A stretch of DNA of 62,982 nt, counting the filler. It is 5 parts of 5 records of this genome, joined end to end, with 100 filler letters (N's around TTAATTAATTAA, not from the genome) between each part and the next. Parts side by side here need not be neighbours in the genome. Positions count along the whole stretch, not along the records: positions 27,552 to 33,205 come from SRR2962707_3174; positions 33,306 to 51,854 come from SRR2962707_3175; 3 more parts are not named here. One strand, 5' to 3'. Numbering within the stretch: position 1 is the first letter of the stretch; every line of letters starts with the position of its first letter. This document shows positions 30,754 to 38,242 of this stretch, one piece after another. The position numbers and the translations under genes are program-made. The notes beneath the pieces were generated by a model. It searched no databases and had not been told where the DNA came from. It worked only from the letters and a program-made list of their open reading frames with translations.

Positions 30754-31689
30754 ATGAATTCAGGTGAAGCGAACAGAGCTTCCAATATAGCTGTACAGCG
30801 CGCCGACTTCGGTCGTGTTTCCGTCCTGTTTGGTGAAAAAAGTGGCAAGTATCCTGATGGTAATCAAGTGCTCATACGGGGTACGGATACACGCGCGGCG
30901 TTCGACACGCCGATTGTCTCGAACTATATCGGCGCGGAGTTCGACGCCACCGAACTGGTGGTGATGGGGCATGTGCATGAAGACCATATGGCGGGGCTGC
31001 ACCGTTTGCCCGAAGCCGAGGTTCATGTGCATGAGGCCGACTTACCATCGGCGCGCAGCTGGGAGGGCCTGGTGGCCGCCTTCGGCATGACATCGGAGGA
31101 GCGTATCGAGCAGACACTGAAGAAGTTCCAACGGGACTTTTTCTACGCGCCCCGGCCCGATGCACAGGGGTACCAGGACGGCGCGTGCTGGGAACTTGGC
31201 GGTTCCACGGTTCGGGCCTTCCACATGCCCGGGCATACCGCGGGCCACTGTGTGCTACTGGTGGAACCCGAGGGTGTGGCCTTTATCGGTGATATCGATC
31301 TGACCGGGTTCGGCCCTTACTACGGGGACGCTTGCTCGAACCTGGGTGACTTCCGCCGCACTCTGGCGCGGCTGCCGGATATTCCCGCCAAAGTTTGGGT
31401 TACCTCCCATCACCGGGGCGTCTACACCGACCGGGCGCATTTTCTCAATGACCTGGCTGCCTTCGCCGCCAAGATCGACCAGCGTGAGCAGCGGCTACTG
31501 GATCTGCTGAGCGAGTCTCCAAGGACACTGGAACAACTGGTGGAACAGCGACTTCTCTATCCTGCCGGGTTCAACGCCGCCTGGGTCACGGACGCCGAGA
31601 CCCGCACCATTTCCCAGCACCTGGCCGAACTCACGGCCAATGGACGGGTGATCATGGACCAACCGGGTATCTATCGGCTGGGGAATTGA
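30754..31689 (+). CDS. MBL-fold metallo-hydrolase
   Basis: GHVHEDH, PGHTAGH, GDIDL, TSHH. Confidence 0.9.
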   Translation: MNSGEANRASNIAVQRADFGRVSVLFGEKSGKYPDGNQVLIRGTDTRAAFDTPIVSNYIGAEFDATELVVMGHVHEDHMAGLHRLPEAEVHVHEADLPSARSWEGLVAAFGMTSEERIEQTLKKFQRDFFYAPRPDAQGYQDGACWELGGSTVRAFHMPGHTAGHCVLLVEPEGVAFIGDIDLTGFGPYYGDACSNLGDFRRTLARLPDIPAKVWVTSHHRGVYTDRAHFLNDLAAFAAKIDQREQRLLDLLSESPRTLEQLVEQRLLYPAGFNAAWVTDAETRTISQHLAELTANGRVIMDQPGIYRLGN

Positions 31690-31712
31690 GCGCCTTCGCA
31701 CCCTCTGAAAAA

Positions 31713-31738
31713 CGTCATGCCGGACTCGATCCGGCATC
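31713..31738 (+). repeat. CGTC-class REP-like palindrome
   Basis: CGTC-ATGCCGGA-CTCGA-TCCGGCAT-C. Confidence 0.6.
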
Positions 31739-32167
31739 TCCTGCCACGAAGCCATGCTCCCTGCGGAGGGCGATCCCCGGGGTGTTGTCCAAAGATTCCC
31801 CTATGCCCATTTTAAGAAAGAGCTGACTTCGCTTTTATCCTTATGAACGGAAGGGCGGTTTTGGCCCCGATCTTATTCCATTTCCTGTAATAAACATAAA
31901 AGAAAGGCAGTGAATTGGCGCTATCGCAAAAACCAGATCGAAGAGAATTGCGAAAAATGGAAGCGAAGAGCGAGAGCCTTGAAAAGACGCAGAGCGGCCC
32001 CGGAAGTGATCGACGCTAGGATAATTATTTGTTATAAATCGAATTGTATAAAAATAATACAAGAACGCAATTTCCTGTCAGCGCCATACCGGCATGAGGA
32101 AGTCAGCGCAGCCACCTGAAAACACAATGATTTCCGATAGGGCCAAAGGCGACTATGGAGCAGGGGC

Positions 32168-32857
32168 ATGTCAAGGAAGAAACGAACTCTGGTGGTGGGG
32201 GAAGCTCATCACGTCTTTGAGGAAAGTCATAACCGGGAACCGGTATTCATCGAGGACCAGGATTACCAGGAGTACCTGCGTCTTCTGCAAGTGGCCAAGG
32301 CCCGCTTCCAGGTGCGGGTGCATGGTTGGTGCCTGTTGCCCGGTGCCGCCCATTTGCTGCTGCGCCCCATGCGCAGGGCGGATGACCTCAGCTGCTGCGT
32401 TCAGTATGTGCAGCGCCGCTACAGTCAGGACTTCAACCACCGCCATGGCCGGGATGGCGCGCTTTGGCATGGACGCTTCCGCAGCGCCTTGGTGGAGCCC
32501 GGGCAGTGGCTGTTGGCGGACCTGCGTTACATGGAGCTGTTGCCGGTGATGGAGGGACTGAGCAGGTCGGCGGGGCGTTACCGCTGGAGCAGTCATGGGG
32601 CGAGGATGCGTGGCGACCATCCTGGATTGATCGATTTCAACGAAGGTTTCCTGCATCTGGGACCGGACATCAACAGCCGCCGGGACGCCTTCAGGGAACT
32701 GTTGTCGATGGGCTGCGAGGAGCGCGAACGGGAGCGTATCGAAACCGCGGTGAAGCGCAATCAATACATCGGTAGCCGGGCCTACGCCGACAAGCTGGAA
32801 AAGCTTACCGGGGAGCGTCTTCACTTCCGTGGGCGTGGCCGGCCCAGGAAGAAATAA
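32168..32857 (+). mobile_element. REP-associated tyrosine transposase (RAYT, Y1_Tnp)-like protein with a degenerate active site
   Basis: Full-length similarity to RAYT: N..H...G.LW.GRFRS, RY.EL.PV, Y.WSS, C-terminal GRGRPRKK; the HUH motif reads AAH. Confidence 0.82.
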
Positions 32858-32885
32858 CCGTGGCGGCGCCTTCAATTCGGGCCTT

Positions 32886-32912
32886 TAAAAAGAGCGTAAG
32901 TCGCTCTTTTTA
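32886..32912. terminator. Intrinsic terminator
   Basis: TAAAAAGAGCG-TAAGT-CGCTCTTTTTA after the RAYT-like gene. Confidence 0.75.
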
Positions 32913-33182
32913 TTGAGGTTTTTCATCGAAAAAGGTTGTCTGGCCAGGCTGGATAAGCGATAGTGATCCGTATCGATCGGGAGCCTTGTGTTTCCAATCG
33001 TGGATGAACTTGTTGGTTTTTGCTGTTGTTTATGCACGCTCAGCCAGGGCGCCCTGCCTTCTTCAATATTGGCCCCAAACCAATAAGCCTCTGGCTTGAG
33101 CGTTTTTTTCCCCTTTGGAGTACATCTTCGAGGCTCATGGAGCCGGTGTTCGACTAGCACCCACCCGAGATTTATTTCCCCT

Positions 33183-33205
33183 GTAGGAGCCTGCCTGCAG
33201 GCGAA
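33183..33205 (+). repeat. GTAG-class REP element at the contig end
   Basis: GTAGGA-GCCTGC-CT-GCAGGC-GAA. Confidence 0.8.
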
Positions 33206-33305
33206 NNNNNNNNNNNNNNNNNNNNNNNNNNNNNNNNNNNNNNNNNNNNTTAATTAATTAANNNNNNNNNNNNNNNNNNNNNNNNNNNNNNNNNNNNNNN
33301 NNNNN
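33206..33305. other. Artificial contig spacer
   Basis: 44 N + TTAATTAATTAA + 44 N. Confidence 0.99.
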
Positions 33306-33307
33306 AG

Positions 33308-34069
33308 AAGCCGGAAGCACTGAGAAATATTGATGAGATCATTGAGGTAACAGATGCCTTGATGGTGGCCCGTGGTGATCTTGGTGTTGAAATCCCGATG
33401 CATGAAGTACCTATCTGGCAGAAGAAATTGGTTGAGAAATGCAATATGGCAGCTAAGCCTGTGATCATCGCTACCCAGATGATGGAAAGTATGATTGAGA
33501 ATCCCAGACCAACTCGTGCGGAGACAAATGATGTTGCCAATGCGGTGTTGGATGGAGCTGATGCCCTGATGCTTTCTGCAGAATCTGCTGCTGGCAAGTT
33601 TCCGGTTGAGGCAGTTAAAAAAATGTCAGAAACGATCAAATCGGTAGAGAAAGAAGCTAACTCGATTTATAACCGATATTATGAAGGCCAGGAAGAGTCC
33701 TCAACTCGTTTGAATGATCGACTAATCCGGGCATCCTGCAGATTGGCGGAACATACCAATGCAAGGGCGATAGTCTGCATGACCAAATCAGGTTATACTG
33801 GCTTCCGAACCGCTATGCATCGATCTAAGTCAGAGATTTATTTGTTTACAAACAATAGGGAGCTGATGAATCAGATGTGCCTGGTATGGGGTGTAAAAAC
33901 CTACTACTACGATACCCGGGAGAACATCGATGTAACCCTTAAGGAAATTGAGAAGAAGCTAGTCGAGAATGGCAACCTGAAAAAGGGAGATGTGTTCGTT
34001 AATACCGCTTCCATGCCACAACACTGGCAGGGCCACACAAACATGATGAAGATAAGCGAGGTGGAGTAG
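33308..34069 (+). CDS. pyk: Pyruvate kinase (5' truncated)
   Basis: MVARGDLGVE, ATQMMESM, PTRAE..DVANAVLDGAD.LMLS.E. Confidence 0.96.
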   Translation, partial: KPEALRNIDEIIEVTDALMVARGDLGVEIPMHEVPIWQKKLVEKCNMAAKPVIIATQMMESMIENPRPTRAETNDVANAVLDGADALMLSAESAAGKFPVEAVKKMSETIKSVEKEANSIYNRYYEGQEESSTRLNDRLIRASCRLAEHTNARAIVCMTKSGYTGFRTAMHRSKSEIYLFTNNRELMNQMCLVWGVKTYYYDTRENIDVTLKEIEKKLVENGNLKKGDVFVNTASMPQHWQGHTNMMKISEVE

Positions 34070-34120
34070 ATTGAGTGGAACCCTTTGATAATCCGGGTGG
34101 TTTTAGTCTAAATTTTTAAC

Positions 34121-34477
34121 ATGCCTCACTTTCTTATCCATACAAGCCCTGGTGTCGTGGCACCTTCAGATGAGCAATCTGTGATGAAGTCCGTTCATGA
34201 TCAAGCCACCGCAAGTGGGTTATTTGATGAAGGTGACATTAAAGTGCGATTGGTGCCGTTTGAGAAATCGTTGGTTGGAGGAAATGCAGAAAATCAGTTT
34301 GTGCATGTATTTGCCTATGTAATGGGCGGAAGAACCACTGATCAAAAGCGGAAGCTATCAGAAGCTGTTGTTTCTAAACTTGCAGAGCTATTTCCTGACG
34401 TAAAGAACATCGCGATGAATGTTTATGATTTCGAGCCTGAGACCTACTTCAATCGAAGAATGATTGGAGGTACTTAA
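34121..34477 (+). CDS. 5-carboxymethyl-2-hydroxymuconate isomerase / tautomerase family protein
   Basis: N-terminal Pro (MPH), SGLF...DIKVR, FVHV, GRT.DQK..LS. Confidence 0.82.
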   Translation: MPHFLIHTSPGVVAPSDEQSVMKSVHDQATASGLFDEGDIKVRLVPFEKSLVGGNAENQFVHVFAYVMGGRTTDQKRKLSEAVVSKLAELFPDVKNIAMNVYDFEPETYFNRRMIGGT

Positions 34478-34479
34478 AT

Positions 34480-35565
34480 CTAGTTGAGGTCTACTGCAAC
34501 TACTTTGGTTGGTAAGGATTTCCCTTTTAAAACTATCTCCCCCAGATCATGGGTTTGGACTTCCTGAGGAAGCAGGTTTTTCAATTCTTCGCTTAAAATC
34601 AGGTCGGTATTGTGTTCGTTGCAAAGTGCCTGAATCCTTGCAGTGGTATTGAGCACATCTCCTGTGAAGATAATCTCTTTCTTTAATGCACCTATTTCCC
34701 CTGTGGTTACTTCTCCTAAATGCAGACCTGCTTTGAACTCAGGAACCATCCCAAACTTTTCCATGAATTGATCCTGCATTGCTTCAAGGCTTACCCCAAT
34801 GCCTTTGAAGCAATTGATGCAGTTATTTTTTCTTAGTCCCAGCTCTTTTTTCCACGAGATCACCACCTCATCACCGATGTATTGATACACCTCTCCCAGA
34901 TGGTCAATGATGGGATCTGTCATCGCATCATAGTACATCTGTAAAAAATCGAAGTATTTAATGTGGCCAAGTTTTTCCGCAGTTGGAGTGGAATTTTTCA
35001 TGTCGAGGAACATAAAGATTCGCTCTTCTACACGGGGGGTGTGGTATTTCCCTGTAAAGAAATTGAACATGACCTGGTGTCCAAGATTTTCACTAATGGC
35101 TGCATAGAGTAAGCTTAAAATCAAGTGAAAGGAAAGTTGGAACATGGTGTTTAGGAATACCATGCTTTGAAAGTATTGCCCCGTCTTCCTCCAAACCTGT
35201 GGATCTAGAAGTGATGTATTCAACTCAAGGGATGAGGCGATCGGAAAGAAAATGGCCTGAATGATCAGCATTAAAAACAGGTAGAAGAGCAATTTGTAGC
35301 CGACTTTTTTACCAAAACTGTAGTGACGAAATCGCTTTTCGAGAATAACCAGCTCTATTAATCCGACCAGAAGACCAACAGTAGTAATGGCCAGGCTTGC
35401 AAAAATGAATACAGGAAGCGTGACGGTGATAGCTGTGTCGGGATTCAGGTTTTGATTACCCGTGGCTACAATTTCTGCGAGTAGGAGTACCCAGCCGGTT
35501 ACTAACCAAATGATCCCAAAAGGAATGATTCGGTTGATGTTACGCTTTTGTTTGGGACTGAGCAA
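34480..35565 (-). CDS. Membrane-anchored class III adenylate/guanylate cyclase
   Basis: About 4 TM segments, then FLDMKNST, GDEV, GLH.G, GDVLNTTARIQ, LKGK. Confidence 0.9.
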   Translation of the reverse strand: MLSPKQKRNINRIIPFGIIWLVTGWVLLLAEIVATGNQNLNPDTAITVTLPVFIFASLAITTVGLLVGLIELVILEKRFRHYSFGKKVGYKLLFYLFLMLIIQAIFFPIASSLELNTSLLDPQVWRKTGQYFQSMVFLNTMFQLSFHLILSLLYAAISENLGHQVMFNFFTGKYHTPRVEERIFMFLDMKNSTPTAEKLGHIKYFDFLQMYYDAMTDPIIDHLGEVYQYIGDEVVISWKKELGLRKNNCINCFKGIGVSLEAMQDQFMEKFGMVPEFKAGLHLGEVTTGEIGALKKEIIFTGDVLNTTARIQALCNEHNTDLILSEELKNLLPQEVQTHDLGEIVLKGKSLPTKVVAVDLN

Positions 35566-35647
35566 GGTATGGATTGGCAGATTTTGAGTCAGCTAAATTA
35601 ACTTATTCAAGAATGAAATTGAGATAGGAAATACTTGAATCCCATCC

Positions 35648-35806
35648 TCAAAATAGGAGGTAATAAAGCATTACGATGATAAGCAGAATGGCAATCCACC
35701 TATAACCTACGCTCACTTCTGCGAATTCATATTGACAGATTGGGCAGATCTTTTCCTTTGCATCGATCTCCATGGCACAAGAGGGGCATTCTTTGATCTT
35801 ACTCAT
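35648..35806 (-). CDS. 52-aa zinc-ribbon membrane microprotein (not in the supplied ORF track)
   Basis: Translated by hand: MSKIKECPSCAMEIDAKEKICPICQYEFAEVSVGYRWIAILLIIVMLYYLLF; two CPxC motifs plus a TM helix; start overlaps the GNAT stop. Confidence 0.8.
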   Translation of the reverse strand: MSKIKECPSCAMEIDAKEKICPICQYEFAEVSVGYRWIAILLIIVMLYYLLF

Positions 35807-36335
35807 ATTGGTTTAGTTTTAGTCTAAATCCATAAACATCCAAACCTTTCTGGCTGAAATCAAGATCTTCAGAACGTTTAAAGCCAAGTCGCTCATACAT
35901 TCCCCACGCTGTTTGCATGGATTTGGTCGTATGAATGATCATCTGATGTTGCTTTTCTTCAAGTGCCAGGTCAATGCATTTTTGTGTCAGCAGCTTACCA
36001 ATGCTATTGCCTCTGAACTCTGGGCCTACAGCAAGCAATCTAAAGCCAGCGGCATGTTTTTCTTGAGTTGCTGTTCCTCCTGATCCATAATGCTGCATGT
36101 CACCAAAATACACCACTGCACCGGCTATTTCATCTTCCTCTGAAACTGCAACTAAAATCTTGACTTTTGGCTTTTCGGTGATCATACCAATGCTGGCCAG
36201 CAGCTTGTAGTAGCGCGGTTGTTCTTCCGGTGATGGAAATCCCTGTAGTTGGGAATACACCTTGATCATGAGTTGGCCGATGGTTTTGTATTCATCGCTT
36301 TTGGCAACTCTGATATGGAATTTCCCTGGATTCAT
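35799..36335 (-). CDS. GNAT family N-acetyltransferase
   Basis: RLLAV.PEFRG.SIGK.L, MYERLGF. Confidence 0.9.
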   Translation of the reverse strand: MNPGKFHIRVAKSDEYKTIGQLMIKVYSQLQGFPSPEEQPRYYKLLASIGMITEKPKVKILVAVSEEDEIAGAVVYFGDMQHYGSGGTATQEKHAAGFRLLAVGPEFRGNSIGKLLTQKCIDLALEEKQHQMIIHTTKSMQTAWGMYERLGFKRSEDLDFSQKGLDVYGFRLKLNQYE

Positions 36336-36709
36336 ATGGCCGATTTGAGAATGGCTACAAACAAGAACAACCACCCCGCAATAAATGCCAGCCCTCCAAG
36401 AGGAGTTATAGCTCCTAGCCATTTCATTCCTGTGAAGCAGAGAATATACAATGACCCTGAGAAAACAATAATTCCAACCATCATTCCTATGCCGGAATAG
36501 TTAATCCAGCGAGAGGGAAATTTCATGGCAAGCAATCCAATCGCAAGCAGTGCCAATGTGTGATAGAATTGATAAGAGACCGCCGTGTGATAGGTGTCAA
36601 GATAGCCAGACGTGCTAAGCTTATCTTTAAGTGCATGGGCGCCAAAAGCACCTAATCCGACCGCAAAAGCGCCTGATATTGCTGCAAATTGAAGAAAGAG
36701 TTTGTGCAT
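36332..36709 (-). CDS. DUF423 membrane protein
   Basis: GAFGAH, YQFYH, FSGSLY, TPLGG. Confidence 0.92.
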   Translation of the reverse strand: MHKLFLQFAAISGAFAVGLGAFGAHALKDKLSTSGYLDTYHTAVSYQFYHTLALLAIGLLAMKFPSRWINYSGIGMMVGIIVFSGSLYILCFTGMKWLGAITPLGGLAFIAGWLFLFVAILKSAI

Positions 36710-36713
36710 TGAA

Positions 36714-36959
36714 TTACGCTGGAATGGATTGTTCTTTCATGAGTTTCAGAAGGTATTCCGGTGCAAAATCAGCACCATTGACCCATTCTATGGTTCCATT
36801 GATCAAACCATATTGTTTGAAAAGATCTTTGTTCTTAAGCGGTTGATAATGTGAGCCATTCAATTCATCCACTAAATCAACAATACCAGATTCTTCAGCA
36901 TTGAACTTTAATTCCAATCTATAATCTGCCAAATACTCGACATCTACAATCAGTACCAT
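36714..36959 (-). CDS. DUF2442 protein (putative antitoxin)
   Basis: DYRLELKF....G.VDL, GTIEWVNGADFAPEYL. Confidence 0.88.
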   Translation of the reverse strand: MVLIVDVEYLADYRLELKFNAEESGIVDLVDELNGSHYQPLKNKDLFKQYGLINGTIEWVNGADFAPEYLLKLMKEQSIPA

Positions 36960-36963
36960 ACAT

Positions 36964-37220
36964 CTAAGTTAATGGGTCTATCTTGAATAACTCATCTCCG
37001 TTTTGAGATAGTTCCCAATCTTCTAACAATTCTTTCCTATGCAATTCAAGCCACTCAGAGTCTTTTTTATGACTTTTGATGGTGCCTTGCCCTCAACGAC
37101 ACCACTTTCAATGTACATTATACCCTTGAAGTCTCCGTAAGTAAAATGAAAGTGTGGTGGGTTATGATCATACCCATACATGTATATAATTATCCCAAAG
37201 AATCTGGATATTTCCGGCAT
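36964..37220 (-). pseudogene. DUF4160 protein (putative toxin) split by a -1 frameshift
   Basis: MPEISRFFGI..HNPPHFH in frame 0; the family C-terminus EWLELHRKELLEDWE...KIDPLT* lies in the -1 frame, ending at 36964. Confidence 0.82.
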
Positions 37221-37838
37221 TTATTTTTTTTCCTGAAGATAAGAAGGCATTGTAAAGGCTGAAGGTTCAGGGGCAAAACCAATTTCCACGTTAGTTGCTG
37301 TGGAATAGACGATTTTATCTCCCAGTTTGGTTTTTCTTTTTAGAACCAGGCCATCCCAGATCCATAATTCTTGTAAGGCCTTGTTTCCGTCGAATGTCCA
37401 TACCTGGCAGGTTTTGCCTAATAAGGTGGAATCCGAAATATGGGTTCCACCTAAAGAAAAAAGAATGGCTTCTGATGCCTGGTCTGGTGATTTGTAAGCA
37501 GCCTGCTGACTCCACTTATAGTCTTTTCTGCCCATATAGGTCGAATCGCCTTCGTTGAGTCGATAGACAAAATCACCATCACCAATCTCATGAATGGTTT
37601 GGACTGTTTTGATGCCATAAAGCTCAAATACCATGGATTGCTTCCGCATGTTTTTCCAACCAAAGAGATCGAATAGTAATACTTCTTCACCTGTAGCGTC
37701 ACCGGTTACCATATAGGTGATCCTACCTTTTTCATAAGTGTATTTTTTCAAATTCTGCGATCGGATCTCTTCAGCGGTTTTCGCCTGCGCGAATGCATAG
37801 ACGGGAACGAATAGGGCGATGGTAATTAGGACTCTCAT
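37221..37838 (-). CDS. Secreted hypothetical protein
   Basis: Signal peptide (AFAQ); LLGK.C.VW, W.W.G..LK, F..P pattern. Confidence 0.75.
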   Translation of the reverse strand: MRVLITIALFVPVYAFAQAKTAEEIRSQNLKKYTYEKGRITYMVTGDATGEEVLLFDLFGWKNMRKQSMVFELYGIKTVQTIHEIGDGDFVYRLNEGDSTYMGRKDYKWSQQAAYKSPDQASEAILFSLGGTHISDSTLLGKTCQVWTFDGNKALQELWIWDGLVLKRKTKLGDKIVYSTATNVEIGFAPEPSAFTMPSYLQEKK

Positions 37839-37950
37839 TTTGGGACTGTTGATATACCATCAAATATAAAAAATAAAAAACCCTGACTGCCTGTCCGGAT
37901 GGCAATCGGGACCAGGAGCCAGGGTGTCAACCAGCTATAGTCAAAGATCC

Positions 37951-38151
37951 CTAGTCAGGGGATATTCGTCGTTTTCCAAGTTGACATTTGTTCAACTCGG
38001 AAACGATTTTCATTAATGTTCTTTCTGAGGCATCCCTGAATTTTTCCAAGGCAAGAATTTCATTGGGCATTCCTGATATCTTGAGCTGGAACTCTTCATA
38101 GCTTCCAAACTGATACGATTGTACGGTGGTGTTATACCAAATCACTTTCAT
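37951..38151 (-). CDS. Small hypothetical protein (66 aa)
   Basis: Clean ORF with its own promoter-like repeat upstream and a terminator-like hairpin plus T-tract downstream. Confidence 0.65.
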   Translation of the reverse strand: MKVIWYNTTVQSYQFGSYEEFQLKISGMPNEILALEKFRDASERTLMKIVSELNKCQLGKRRISPD

Positions 38152-38205
38152 AGTTGTGACATTTAGGATTTGACACTTCGAAGGTGAAAAGGTTTAATTT
38201 AAAAT

Positions 38206-38235
38206 TCCTGCCAACCCGCTTTAGAATCCTGCCAA
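38206..38235 (-). promoter_or_regulatory. 21-bp-phased direct repeat, putative AraC-type operator
   Basis: TTGGCAGGA-N12-TTGGCAGGA on the minus strand; CACCTTCG -7-like box at 38186-38179. Confidence 0.6.
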
Positions 38236-38242
38236 TTTGAGA

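Noticed and set aside
35574-35587. TTGGCAGATTTTGA as a third hybrid-kinase operator
   Set aside because: Single imperfect copy with no 21-bp partner, and oriented opposite to the nearby gene
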